IMG/VR virus record: IMGVR_UViG_3300033475_001489
Coordinates: 1-40,888 of that record
Direction: 5' to 3' (one strand)
Length of the DNA: 40,888 nt
Source: a virus
Lineage: Duplodnaviria > Caudoviricetes
Both the position numbers and the translations under genes were made by a program. Under the pieces are notes generated by a model, which did not search any database, was not told where the DNA came from, and was given only the letters and a program-made list of their open reading frames with translations. Below are positions 9,933 to 19,015 of the stretch, piece by piece. Each line of letters starts with the position of its first letter. Position 1 is the first letter of the stretch.

Positions 9933-10021
9933 TCACCCAGAGGACAGCAGGACATTACTGATGAACTTTGATGTATATTTATATAGCTCATAAAGAAGGT
10001 CACCAAATGTCATCCTGGTGA
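9933..10021. repeat. Tripartite inverted-arm element E1 (89 bp, two long arms)
   Basis: TCACCCAG 9933; core ATGTATA-TT-TATATAG 9971-9986; CCTGGTGA ending 10021. Confidence 0.85.
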
Positions 10022-10059
10022 TAATCATCATCTTTATGCTGTACGCTTGTAAAAAAATA

Positions 10060-10088
10060 TGTACAAAATAGCGATATCAATGTATAAT
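10060..10088 (+). promoter_or_regulatory. TGTACA-N17-TATAAT promoter
   Basis: Family match. Confidence 0.8.
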
Positions 10089-10130
10089 GTATTTATAATG
10101 CTGAATATGAAAAAAATAAAGGAGAAACAA

Positions 10131-10343
10131 ATGTCGAGCGCGAAAAGTGGAGAGTTTATCTGTTGCGATTGCAAAATAAAGTTTGATGAGGGATTTGAGG
10201 GTGAGGTTTTTGAAAAAGATGGCCAAAAGCAAACCCGTTGTGGGTATTGCTATAATATGAAGAATGAAAATACGCAATTAAGCATCGTAAGCTTATTGGA
10301 GGACGTAGATACACTACGTAAATTAGGAGATGTTTCAGAGTAA
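10131..10343 (+). CDS. Small Zn-finger-like hypothetical protein
   Basis: CCDC...CGYC; GGAG RBS at 10121 sets ATG 10131. Confidence 0.7.
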   Translation: MSSAKSGEFICCDCKIKFDEGFEGEVFEKDGQKQTRCGYCYNMKNENTQLSIVSLLEDVDTLRKLGDVSE

Positions 10344-10444
10344 TATTGCTGTTTTTAGTTACAAGATACTCATTAGGATACGTAGAGTATCCTATTTTTG
10401 TGCTGCTTTTATTTATAAAATTGTAAATGAATATTTTTTTAATA

Positions 10445-10473
10445 TGTACAATTTGTCAAAAATAGTTTATAAT
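10445..10473 (+). promoter_or_regulatory. TGTACA-N17-TATAAT promoter
   Basis: Family match. Confidence 0.8.
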
Positions 10474-10515
10474 ACTATCATAAAGTTAAATGTTAAATTA
10501 AAAAGGAAAAAAGAA

Positions 10516-10878
10516 ATGAAAATCGAAATGGTTACATCACCAGAAACTATTGCTGAATTGCATCTGAAGGAAATTTCCAGAGAAGATCGAATCAATTCGA
10601 ACCTTAAAAAAATAGAATCAATGAACTCTGTTGTTGCGATCATTGTTTTTGGACAAAAGTACAAGATCATTAAAGCAGAAAAGAATAGTGATTTTCTACA
10701 TGATATTGAAATATTTTTATTAAAAGAAGAAATTAAACCGCCATTCACGGCAAATTCTGTCGTTCGCCAAGAAACAAGAATCTCTCCATCAGCGCAATAC
10801 GTCTATTCTCTTATCAAACAAATCGAAAAAATCGTACGTATGGATAAAGTTAACACGACATTCATTATAGAATTGTAA
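10516..10878 (+). CDS. Hypothetical protein
   Basis: ATG 10516 downstream of promoter and AAGGA. Confidence 0.65.
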   Translation: MKIEMVTSPETIAELHLKEISREDRINSNLKKIESMNSVVAIIVFGQKYKIIKAEKNSDFLHDIEIFLLKEEIKPPFTANSVVRQETRISPSAQYVYSLIKQIEKIVRMDKVNTTFIIEL

Positions 10879-10889
10879 AAGGAGTTACA

Positions 10890-11561
10890 GTGGCGTATAC
10901 TGAATTTGTGGGAAAAGGTAGATTCCCAAAAAGAGTTACAGAGATAGCAGAGAAAATCAAAGAAGAAATCAAAGAAGTTTTAAGTAACAGTAAAGATGAC
11001 GACCTGGATTATAGCAAGATAGAGCTCGATTCTGGTTTTATTGCAAACATGACAGACATAAGAGATGATAAAATAATTCTCTATTTCATTCATGTTCTCA
11101 TCGACACAGGCTGCACAGCAATCATCATTTCTGAACGACCAAATGGCGTACTCAGGTACGTCAGTCAGGGATCAAATGAGCAGTTGTATAGAGTATCAAT
11201 GCAGTATTATCATTGTGGCGATATAAAAAGTGAAGAGGAGGAGTCAACCGAAGGAAAAATCGTTCTGTATGATGGAATTTATAGATTCCCTGATGATGTA
11301 CAAAGTGTTATAGAAGAAGATATCAGCGAAGAAGATAAAAGACATATTGATGGTGTTGCATTTATGATTGTTGCTTACAATCTTGTTTATTACTACGTTC
11401 ATATTGTGATAGATGGTGCGTGTAAAGGTCTTGTTTATGCACTTTCTTCTAGCGGCGAAAATGATGATGAACGCATAATCACGAGAGTGACTGTACAGAC
11501 AACATTAATGGCATTTGATCAAAAATATCATCAAAAACTCATCATTGAATCTGCGAAATAA
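10890..11561 (+). CDS. Hypothetical protein with an internal domain duplication
   Basis: GGAG RBS; two RFP..V...E.I.EE.K...Y..H..ID..C units. Confidence 0.75.
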   Translation: MAYTEFVGKGRFPKRVTEIAEKIKEEIKEVLSNSKDDDLDYSKIELDSGFIANMTDIRDDKIILYFIHVLIDTGCTAIIISERPNGVLRYVSQGSNEQLYRVSMQYYHCGDIKSEEEESTEGKIVLYDGIYRFPDDVQSVIEEDISEEDKRHIDGVAFMIVAYNLVYYYVHIVIDGACKGLVYALSSSGENDDERIITRVTVQTTLMAFDQKYHQKLIIESAK

Positions 11562-11570
11562 TAAATGTAG

Positions 11571-11596
11571 ATAGCCTCTATTTATTTAGGGGCTAT
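11571..11596 (+). terminator. Hairpin, possible terminator
   Basis: atagcctcta-loop-taggggctat. Confidence 0.5.
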
Positions 11597-11618
11597 TGTT
11601 GGCATTTAGGAGAAACAG

Positions 11619-11960
11619 ATGAGAAGACAAATAAACAGTAGAAAAATTGTATTTCCACAATGGAAATTTGGTACTGCATATGTTGCAGATAGAGAGCTTC
11701 TATGCGCAGGTTTTGAGTGTGGAAAAATAATCGAACAAGGAGAATTATATACTCGTAAAAAAGTGGAAATCGTAAAAATTACCACTAATTCTAGCATTTC
11801 TGTTCACCCATTTTGTAGGAAATGTATTACGTTTGTAGAGGCAGATATTGCAGAAATAGAAATGACGCTTCTAGCAAAATATAGACTTACAAAATATGGA
11901 AAAATAGATACTGACTTAGCAGCCTATAACAAATCAGATTCACAAACATTTTACTTATAA
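11619..11960 (+). CDS. Zn-finger-like hypothetical protein
   Basis: CAGFEC...GE.Y...FCRKC; AGGAG RBS. Confidence 0.7.
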   Translation: MRRQINSRKIVFPQWKFGTAYVADRELLCAGFECGKIIEQGELYTRKKVEIVKITTNSSISVHPFCRKCITFVEADIAEIEMTLLAKYRLTKYGKIDTDLAAYNKSDSQTFYL

Positions 11961-11975
11961 CAAATTGGAGTACTA

Positions 11976-12446
11976 ATGATAAAAGACACCAAAGTTCAAT
12001 CTATTAATGCAGAACTCGCAAATGGTGAAACAATTTTCGCAAATGATGGAAGTTCATGCCGTTTTGACAGAGCAAAAGGATCATTTGTTCACGTCAAAGG
12101 CAAAGATGTTCATTATTTCAAACAATTTGGAGAGCTTGCAAGTTTTATAGCATTTTTTAATGCTGAAACAGATAAAAAAGAAGAAACGGCAACAAAAAAT
12201 CGCAAATGGTTTGTTTTAACAGCAGAGAGAGTGTATAGCAACTTTCATACAAAGCAAGAAGCTTCTGATTTTTGTGTTCAAGCTTTTGAAAATCAGCCAT
12301 ATAAAATTAGCAAAATAAATCAAGGCATATATGTCTGCGCTTTGAAAAAGAACTCTGTAAATAGTTACTATATAGGTATCAGAGAGAATTTAATAGAAAG
12401 TGGATTCGGCGAACAAATTAAAAAATGGGAAGAAAAGCAAAAATAG
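11976..12446 (+). CDS. Hypothetical protein
   Basis: GGAG RBS, operon continuity. Confidence 0.7.
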   Translation: MIKDTKVQSINAELANGETIFANDGSSCRFDRAKGSFVHVKGKDVHYFKQFGELASFIAFFNAETDKKEETATKNRKWFVLTAERVYSNFHTKQEASDFCVQAFENQPYKISKINQGIYVCALKKNSVNSYYIGIRENLIESGFGEQIKKWEEKQK

Positions 12447-12447
12447 G

Positions 12448-12476
12448 TGTACTTTTCATAAATTTTGTTATATAAT
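12448..12476 (+). promoter_or_regulatory. TGTACT-N17-TATAAT promoter
   Basis: Family match. Confidence 0.75.
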
Positions 12477-12519
12477 TGATATTAATATAGTAATTTTAAA
12501 TAATAATAAGGATAAAAAA

Positions 12520-12699
12520 ATGCAATGTGAACATGAAAAATTAAACCAATGCCGTAAATGTCGTATGTGCGTCAACTGTTGTGAGTGCTCCTCGAATCGA
12601 CAAGTAATACGAAGACCATTTAGAACAAAGTATGTTGATCATGAGGAATTGAGACGTCAAAAGACTGTGCGGAGAACACGACAAGAAACGACATATTAA
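12520..12699 (+). CDS. Small Cys-rich protein
   Basis: MQCEH...CRKCRMCVNCCEC, downstream of promoter. Confidence 0.6.
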   Translation: MQCEHEKLNQCRKCRMCVNCCECSSNRQVIRRPFRTKYVDHEELRRQKTVRRTRQETTY

Positions 12700-12708
12700 C
12701 CAAATGCC

Positions 12709-12743
12709 AAAAAGGAGGTAGTGAATGCTACCTCCATTTTTTT
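12709..12743. terminator. Bidirectional intrinsic terminator
   Basis: aaaaa-ggaggtag-tgaatg-ctacctcc-attttttt between convergent genes. Confidence 0.75.
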
Positions 12744-12996
12744 ATCTGTTTCTATAACTTGCAAGAGCAGGAGAACTATCGAAATGCCATTTTGCATTTG
12801 TCGTTTTTACAGGATTTCTGTATCTTGAACCAATATCTATCGCATCAGCGAAATTTTTCTGTTTAATTTTTCTTACAGAAAATGTCTCTTTTTCAGCAGG
12901 CATAAGTGCTGCTGTTGTTTTAAAATTCCCATTTCTGTTGCTTTCACTACTTTTTACAATTTTGTTACTAGCAGCATAAGGAATAATCTCCGACAT
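12742..12996 (-). CDS. Hypothetical basic protein
   Basis: GAGG RBS upstream of ATG 12996; start uncertain. Confidence 0.55.
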   Translation of the reverse strand: MSEIIPYAASNKIVKSSESNRNGNFKTTAALMPAEKETFSVRKIKQKNFADAIDIGSRYRNPVKTTNAKWHFDSSPALASYRNR

Positions 12997-13151
12997 GATG
13001 ATCATGCCTCTATTAAAGAGGTGCCTCGTAATTTTGCTTTTAATTGTGCTTGAGCCAACAATTTTCAGTGTCATTTCTGTTAACATGTTTCTTTTCTTTC
13101 GCTATCTTTGTTTCTAATTTTCTTCTTACATTTTCTGTTCTACGAGATGCA

Positions 13152-13769
13152 CTACTCTTCTACTATCTGTGCCGTTGTCGTGATAGCTTTTATACTCATT
13201 TTGCTGATGAAGTTATCGAGAATATCTACTTCCTGCTCTGACAGAAGAGAAATATCTACACTTGACGATGGAGATTCGTTTTCATTTGAGTTTCTATTGC
13301 TATTATTTTCAGTGCTGAGACCGAGTGCCAATCTTCCAGCTTTTTGCCAGTTGACAGCTGCTCTACCGAGTCGATCAAGGCTCAATTGATCAAGAACTTT
13401 GCCATCTGCAGATGCAGTATCAATGTGCATAAGAATATGGTCCATAGCACGCTGAGCTGCTGTGATGCACGTTTCATTGAATCGGTCTGCAGCTTTGATA
13501 TAATCATCCATATTTGCTGCAGATACCCATTTATGCAGTTTCGCTTGCCAATTTTCCCTCTTATTGATCCACTGGCCCTCATTCATTCTACGATGAACAG
13601 TTGAATACGGAATATCGTGTGCCTCTGATATCTCAGTGAGAGTAGGATAATAAACTTCTCCATTAGGTTGAAGAAGCCCCTGAACGAATTGCCTCTCTAT
13701 GATCTCCCAAGAGATATTTGTGCTATTGATAGAAACGACTTTTCCTTTTTTGACTCCCCTTGATGCCAT
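13152..13769 (-). CDS. Terminase small subunit-like protein (N-terminal HTH)
   Basis: W..I...F..G...TL.EIS..H.IPYSTV.RR...W...R HTH, helical middle, GRLALGL.TE, DISLLSEQE tail. Confidence 0.65.
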   Translation of the reverse strand: MASRGVKKGKVVSINSTNISWEIIERQFVQGLLQPNGEVYYPTLTEISEAHDIPYSTVHRRMNEGQWINKRENWQAKLHKWVSAANMDDYIKAADRFNETCITAAQRAMDHILMHIDTASADGKVLDQLSLDRLGRAAVNWQKAGRLALGLSTENNSNRNSNENESPSSSVDISLLSEQEVDILDNFISKMSIKAITTTAQIVEE

Positions 13770-13782
13770 AATGCGTTTACCC

Positions 13783-14037
13783 CTATATGATCGGCCTCTT
13801 CATTTCTATTTCGATCATTTTGGCCTTCTTCTTTAATTCAGCGTATCTCTCAACGCTATCTTTGCCGACCATCTTTTTATCGCCAACAATAATTTCTTTA
13901 AGGCACCTATCTTCCATGAGACGATATACTTGTGTTCTTGACATTCCTAACAGCCGACTAGCATGCTGCACAGAAACAATATTTTTTATTACTCTTGAAT
14001 CAGTTTCATTTGACAATTCATTTGATACTTCATTCAT
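13783..14037 (-). CDS. Excisionase/HTH_17-like DNA-binding protein
   Basis: SVQHASRLLGMSRTQVYRLM...L..I.VG...V...SVERY; GGAG RBS before ATG 14037. Confidence 0.8.
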   Translation of the reverse strand: MNEVSNELSNETDSRVIKNIVSVQHASRLLGMSRTQVYRLMEDRCLKEIIVGDKKMVGKDSVERYAELKKKAKMIEIEMKRPII

Positions 14038-14226
14038 ATAAAAATCTCCATAGTCTATAATGTTTGATACTATTATAATATACAATTGAGTGTATTTTAC
14101 ACACATTACAAAAAATGGTTTTAGAACGTAAAAGGTCATAGTGTCAATGAGTTTTTCATAACTATATACTTTTTTCTCATTTTGTATTATAATTTATATA
14201 AGAAGTAGTGCAAAAAGAAGAAAAAT

Positions 14227-14499
14227 ATGAAAGAGAGAACAACAAGAAGAGAAATAAGTCGAATAAAAAATGAAATTGAGAAATTCCTTGAAACATACGG
14301 GACTAATGATATTGATATCATGATTAATGGTAATCGTTATCATATAGTGACTCAAGATAATCAAAGATACATCATTTGTGTTCTCAGGAATGAAGTATGG
14401 TTTGCCAACTTGAGAAAAAGCGATCCAAAGAGAGTGATACATATCGAAAAGTCGAATCACTACGAAAGGGAAATGAGAAATGCTAAGTTTGTTCGATGA
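14227..14499 (+). CDS. Hypothetical protein
   Basis: Downstream of variant promoter TATACT-N17-TATAAT (14165-14193). Confidence 0.65.
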   Translation: MKERTTRREISRIKNEIEKFLETYGTNDIDIMINGNRYHIVTQDNQRYIICVLRNEVWFANLRKSDPKRVIHIEKSNHYEREMRNAKFVR

Positions 14500-14680
14500 A
14501 AATCACAAGTACACTGATCATGGGAAGTATCTTGATCTGGCTGCTGATGCGGCATTGAAACAGATTTTTGAGAAATTTTTGCAATTAGGATATTCGCCAA
14601 GAGAGATCTCCCATATTATACAGCTCAAAGTAACAGAATTCGAAACTCAGGCAATCGTTGAAAATGATTTGAAGAAGTAG
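14480..14680 (+). CDS. Hypothetical protein
   Basis: Overlapping operon gene, GYSPREI motif. Confidence 0.65.
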   Translation: MLSLFDENHKYTDHGKYLDLAADAALKQIFEKFLQLGYSPREISHIIQLKVTEFETQAIVENDLKK

Positions 14681-15408
14681 TGGAGAATGACGTGAGAGAA
14701 GTTACAGAAGTTCATATCGATATCGACGGGACAATCGCTAGAGAAAACAAAGATTCATTGTTAGAATTGTGCAATGAGATTTTTAAATTAGGCATTGACA
14801 AAAATCAGTTGAAGAATGTTTCTTTAGAGCGATTTCATTGGCTTCCTCGCGTCATTGAATATCGCAATCAGATCGGCGATGAAGTATATAATAATCAATT
14901 TAAAAAAATGCAGTATCATCCTGAACACATTGCAATACTGCACACGATAGCAGATGCTGTTGAAGGTGTAAACCAATTACATGCCGTTGCAGATGATTTA
15001 TACTACAACACATGCAGATTTACAAGACATACTCGGTGGAATGCAGATATTCAGCGAATGACACATTTCTGGCTAGAGACGAAAAATTTCCCAAATCATG
15101 AAAAGACAATATTCTGCGAAGGATATCACGGAAAATTAGTGAGTATCCTGAGCAGATTAAGAGAAAATTCAGATCTCAGAATTATTTTAATCGACGATAA
15201 CGCCGAAGTTCAGCTGCAGTTCTTCGATCAACTCGCAAGAAAAGATCAAGAAATTGTAGCATCACGATTAGTTCTTGTAGGTTTTAGTTTTGATGAAGAA
15301 GAGTTATTGCCAGATATGCCAATTCGGCTACATTCACTGGAAAAATGGCAAAATGTGAAACAGCTAATTGAAAAGGAGTTCAAAAATGGCGGACAAAAAC
15401 AAAGATAA
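14680..15408 (+). CDS. HAD-superfamily hydrolase, 5'(3')-deoxyribonucleotidase-like
   Basis: DIDGTI motif I, T.R, T..WL...FP, K, LIDD motif IV. Confidence 0.75.
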   Translation: MENDVREVTEVHIDIDGTIARENKDSLLELCNEIFKLGIDKNQLKNVSLERFHWLPRVIEYRNQIGDEVYNNQFKKMQYHPEHIAILHTIADAVEGVNQLHAVADDLYYNTCRFTRHTRWNADIQRMTHFWLETKNFPNHEKTIFCEGYHGKLVSILSRLRENSDLRIILIDDNAEVQLQFFDQLARKDQEIVASRLVLVGFSFDEEELLPDMPIRLHSLEKWQNVKQLIEKEFKNGGQKQR

Positions 15409-15706
15409 CAGACGATATGATATGGGCGGATTTCAGTCTCATGACGGTGGTGGCCATGATGGCGGAGGTTACGGTGGATCTGGTGATAGTGACAATGCTC
15501 GAGATCCAAATTGTCGATTTTGCAAAAATAATGAACGTTGTCCATATATTGTCTGGAGCGATATCACCGGTGGTTATATTCACGATTCAAGCGGTTCTGC
15601 TACGTATTCAGAGAAAATAATCACAGACAATAGCTTTCCGACAGTTGAAAAGACGCCACGTCCAGGAGACAAAGATAAAAAGAAGAAAGGATTCTTCAAC
15701 TGGTAA
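15386..15706 (+). CDS. Gly-rich, Cys-containing hypothetical protein
   Basis: AAGGAG RBS; HDGGG repeats; CRFC....C. Confidence 0.65.
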   Translation: MADKNKDNRRYDMGGFQSHDGGGHDGGGYGGSGDSDNARDPNCRFCKNNERCPYIVWSDITGGYIHDSSGSATYSEKIITDNSFPTVEKTPRPGDKDKKKKGFFNW

Positions 15707-16201
15707 ATGTATAACCATACTGTGGGCGATGTTATTATTCAAGAGCGTCCTGTTAAGAATAGATTGCATGCCACGATCTTTTATTTAAAAAGATTTAATG
15801 GAGAAAAATGGGTATTCCTTAGCAGGACCATCGATATAGCAGATTACATCATAAATTGGAAACATGTTTACTTTCAACCACAACAGAATAGAGTCTATTG
15901 GAGAAAGAAAATGGCAGAAGATCAAGAATTAACAGAAGTTGACAAAGCAAGAATAGAAATTCAGCGAAAATTAAAGCAACTCGGCGCCCCTGAACGTTTT
16001 ATTGTCGACATAATAGAATTGTTTAAAGAAAATGCTTCTACAGCATTTGATAATAATGTAGCCAAAGATCCTGAATTTCTATTAGAATATAGTGCGTTAA
16101 TCAAAGAAATGCAAGCACATAAAGTTACTGATGATCAAATTGTCGAAGTTACAGGTTTGCTCAAAGTTTATACGACTGCCATTAACGAAAAGAAAAACTA
16201 G
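15707..16201 (+). CDS. Hypothetical protein
   Basis: Abuts previous stop; alternative start at 15911. Confidence 0.6.
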   Translation: MYNHTVGDVIIQERPVKNRLHATIFYLKRFNGEKWVFLSRTIDIADYIINWKHVYFQPQQNRVYWRKKMAEDQELTEVDKARIEIQRKLKQLGAPERFIVDIIELFKENASTAFDNNVAKDPEFLLEYSALIKEMQAHKVTDDQIVEVTGLLKVYTTAINEKKN

Positions 16202-16277
16202 AAACTTTGTACTATAAAAATGACGTAATTGCAACTAATGCCTATTAGTTGCAATTAAGATTTAGAAAGGTGAAATT

Positions 16278-16421
16278 ATGAAAAAGAAATATGGAATGGC
16301 AAGGCCAAAATTGTCAAAGAGTATGCAAGCATTTAAAGCAAAAGAAACAAAAATAATAAAACCGCCTAAGAATAAAGGCATAAAAAAACAAAACAAAGAT
16401 GATGAAAAGGAGATAAAGTGA
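16278..16421 (+). CDS. Small Lys-rich protein (47 aa, not in ORF track)
   Basis: AAAGGTG RBS, MKKKYGMARPKLSK..., stop overlaps next GTG. Confidence 0.5.
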   Translation: MKKKYGMARPKLSKSMQAFKAKETKIIKPPKNKGIKKQNKDDEKEIK

Positions 16422-16630
16422 TTATTCTTATCAATGACTACCTATTTGGTATCAATAAAGACAATGTGACATTTGAAGATTTGATTAAATTGGTTGGCAA
16501 ACCTGAGTATTCAACTGTTATTTACGGAAAAGGCCCCCAAGAGAATCAAGAAGGATTATTATTAGCAGGTCAATCTGTCAAAATTAAAGAAGGCATGATT
16601 TTCAGCATTGTTGTTACTGGAAATGCTTAG
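16418..16630 (+). CDS. Multiubiquitin (ubiquitin-like beta-grasp) domain protein
   Basis: IILIN...VTFEDLIKL...TVIY.KGP..N.EG.L..GQSVKIKEGMIFSI pattern matches bacterial Multi_ubiq proteins as I recall them; AAGGAG RBS. Confidence 0.75.
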   Translation: MIILINDYLFGINKDNVTFEDLIKLVGKPEYSTVIYGKGPQENQEGLLLAGQSVKIKEGMIFSIVVTGNA

Positions 16631-16731
16631 AAACAGCAACAGCAAAAGCAGCAGTTCAATTATTAAAAATCGTAGCTGCGTTGTCTACAAGTATACTTGA
16701 GTAAAAAAAATGATGCGATAATATAAAAAGA

Positions 16732-16760
16732 TGTACATAGTGTACATTATTGTTTATAAT
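16732..16760 (+). promoter_or_regulatory. TGTACA-N17-TATAAT promoter
   Basis: Family match. Confidence 0.75.
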
Positions 16761-16798
16761 ACTATCAAAGAAGAGTAATCAAAAGAAGGAGGTTCGCC

Positions 16799-17167
16799 AT
16801 GAATGCAGTAATGTCAACAATAGAAGAAAAGTGTGAACGCGTTATCAAAAATAAGATACGATGTGGTGGACCTTCTGCTTTTGTCGAAATTTTGAACAAA
16901 ATGATACGTGAGTATAGAAAAAAATTTGGCCTCGGATCGTATCAGATTCTTAAGTTAGACGATGTGTGTATGTCTCTGGCCAGAGCAGAATTTGTCGGAG
17001 GCAAGGTTATTCTCTTCGGGTATGAGACCATCATTGACAACTATGAATCAAATTTCGATTTTGACAATGAATTACATATTATTATTGAAACAAAAGAAGT
17101 AAGAAGAATTGTAGAGAGCATCATGATCAGAATGCTAATATCTATTAAGATGCTCACAGCTGCATAA
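16799..17167 (+). CDS. Hypothetical protein
   Basis: GGAGG RBS. Confidence 0.7.
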   Translation: MNAVMSTIEEKCERVIKNKIRCGGPSAFVEILNKMIREYRKKFGLGSYQILKLDDVCMSLARAEFVGGKVILFGYETIIDNYESNFDFDNELHIIIETKEVRRIVESIMIRMLISIKMLTAA

Positions 17168-17177
17168 AGGAAATAGT

Positions 17178-17537
17178 ATGAATTGGGATACAAAATTGTC
17201 GTACAATAGTGAAATAACGTATGGCGTATATTATGAGATTGGCAAAGTTGAATTTACAGCAATTGACGGCAATATCAGAGTCGTGTCAATCAATGATTTA
17301 CTATACTGCCAAAGCTGTGGAATACGCAATGGAGAAACAGTAAATAATTATCAGAGTAGAAGTCTAATGGTTGCTGCTGCTGAAGTGACATGCCGCGGTG
17401 TCGTTCACAATGTAAAAATGTCAGTAGAAGGAACACTGTGCCAGTGTTGTGCATACAATTGGCACAATTTTGATCAATTTACAGGTTTGCCAGAAGCACA
17501 AGAGTATGAACCAGAAATAAAGAGATTTATGATCTAG
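17178..17537 (+). CDS. Zn-finger-like protein with C-terminal IKRFMI tail
   Basis: CQSC...LCQCC; ends EPEIKRFMI. Confidence 0.7.
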   Translation: MNWDTKLSYNSEITYGVYYEIGKVEFTAIDGNIRVVSINDLLYCQSCGIRNGETVNNYQSRSLMVAAAEVTCRGVVHNVKMSVEGTLCQCCAYNWHNFDQFTGLPEAQEYEPEIKRFMI

Positions 17538-17564
17538 AAATAACGAATTAAGGAGAAAAGCAAA

Positions 17565-17915
17565 ATGAAAGAACTTGAATACATCTTAGTAAAAACATTT
17601 GCAAATGGCGAAATTAGAGTAGATAATCATCAGAATGAGATCGGCATACGATCAGAGAGTACAGAAATTATTGCTGGAAGTTACTATGACACATGGCAGT
17701 ATGACAAAAATAACACGGTAAGTATGAGAATACATACAGAAGATCGTGGAGGACTTTTGTATCGGTTTGTTTTCATTGATCAAAGTCCAAGCGCTATTGT
17801 CATTGCCATCGAGCAGAAAACAAGTCTCGATGGCATTATCGCGATTACACCAATCAAAACATATAACGGCTGTAACATGGAATTGTACAAAACGTACTTT
17901 TTCAATGTCAAGTAA
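17565..17915 (+). CDS. Hypothetical protein
   Basis: AAGGAG RBS. Confidence 0.7.
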   Translation: MKELEYILVKTFANGEIRVDNHQNEIGIRSESTEIIAGSYYDTWQYDKNNTVSMRIHTEDRGGLLYRFVFIDQSPSAIVIAIEQKTSLDGIIAITPIKTYNGCNMELYKTYFFNVK

Positions 17916-17920
17916 ATAAC

Positions 17921-17962
17921 AAAAATAGCATAGGTAGAATCAAAAATGCCTACGCTATTTTT
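17921..17962 (+). terminator. Intrinsic terminator
   Basis: aaaaatagcatagg...cctacgctattttt. Confidence 0.6.
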
Positions 17963-17978
17963 ATGCATTCTTACATTA

Positions 17979-18057
17979 TCACCCAGATGACAATTCCTCG
18001 TTATATGTATAAATATACATCTTTTTTGATTTAAGTCATCAAATGACCTCTGGGTGA
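17979..18057. repeat. Tripartite element E2 (79 bp)
   Basis: TCACCCAGATGA; perfect core ATGTATA-AA-TATACAT 18005-18020; CTGGGTGA. Confidence 0.9.
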
Positions 18058-18143
18058 TGACATTTTTGTTCACGAGTCACGGTTCGAGACAAAATAAAAT
18101 GCGGATTTTTAATTTAAGTGAGAATCCGCAAACTCACTACTTA

Positions 18144-18374
18144 TTAAATTTCGACGACGTCGTATACGTCGTCTGCGCGTCTCTCGTCATCTTCTGGGAT
18201 TTCAACGAGTTTGTAACCTTTTTGGGTTAACTCTCGTTTCAACTTTCCGTTTTCGATCTTCAAATCCAACTCGTACAGTTTCTCGATTGGAGTGGTGAAC
18301 TCTTCAGTCAGTGCACGTTCGTTGACGTTGATTTGATCGAGGATCCAGAGGATTTCGAGAGGGAGATCGTTCAT
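18144..18374 (-). CDS. Hypothetical protein (IN.NER family)
   Basis: AAAGG RBS before ATG 18374; similar to 18645..18929. Confidence 0.7.
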   Translation of the reverse strand: MNDLPLEILWILDQINVNERALTEEFTTPIEKLYELDLKIENGKLKRELTQKGYKLVEIPEDDERRADDVYDVVEI

Positions 18375-18430
18375 TTTGGTTTTTCCTTTCACTTTTTACG
18401 TTTGAGTAAACTCATTTAGCTTACATTATG

Positions 18431-18459
18431 ATTATAACACGGAATCGCGCAAATGTACA
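18431..18459 (-). promoter_or_regulatory. TGTACA-N17-TATAAT promoter (divergent pair)
   Basis: Family match. Confidence 0.8.
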
Positions 18460-18567
18460 TACTCTGGGTACGAGTTTTCATTATTTTCAAAGAATTCGTT
18501 AAAATTCGTTGTGAAATACGAGTTTATACCAACTTTGACAAATTAGTGAGAATTCGTACCCAGAGTA

Positions 18568-18596
18568 TGTACATTTAGGTGATTTCATGTTATAAT
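18568..18596 (+). promoter_or_regulatory. TGTACA-N17-TATAAT promoter (divergent pair)
   Basis: Family match, followed by TTAGAAGTTG. Confidence 0.85.
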
Positions 18597-18644
18597 CATA
18601 TTAGAAGTTGAGTACATAGAGTAAACCGCAAGGAGAAAAGAAAA

Positions 18645-18929
18645 ATGGAAAAGAAGATCACTCAGAGCATCGAGGAAATCGAAGCGCGTATCCGTGAACT
18701 GTTTCCAAAACACGTCTCGAAGAACCGAGAAGGAAACAGAAAGCCAATCCCTCAGGAAATCAAAGATCTGGTCGCTGAGATCAACGAAAACGAGCGTATT
18801 CTGGGTGAGACTTATGGAAATCCACACCTGTTCGATCGTAACGAAGCTCTAAAGAAGTCTCTGCCAAGTGAGTATCGCCTGATCCCAGAATGGAAGCATG
18901 GTAACATTTACAGAGTCGAGTACGCGTAA
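18645..18929 (+). CDS. Hypothetical protein (IN.NER family)
   Basis: AGGAG RBS; IPQEI..LV.EINENER.L. Confidence 0.75.
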   Translation: MEKKITQSIEEIEARIRELFPKHVSKNREGNRKPIPQEIKDLVAEINENERILGETYGNPHLFDRNEALKKSLPSEYRLIPEWKHGNIYRVEYA

Positions 18930-18986
18930 TATCTAAGCGAATTTCCACGAACTTAGTAGAAAACGTGGAAATTCACATAAAAACTA

Positions 18987-19015
18987 TGTACAAACGCTCG
19001 ATTCTGATGTATAAT
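18987..19015 (+). promoter_or_regulatory. TGTACA-N17-TATAAT promoter
   Basis: Family match. Confidence 0.85.
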
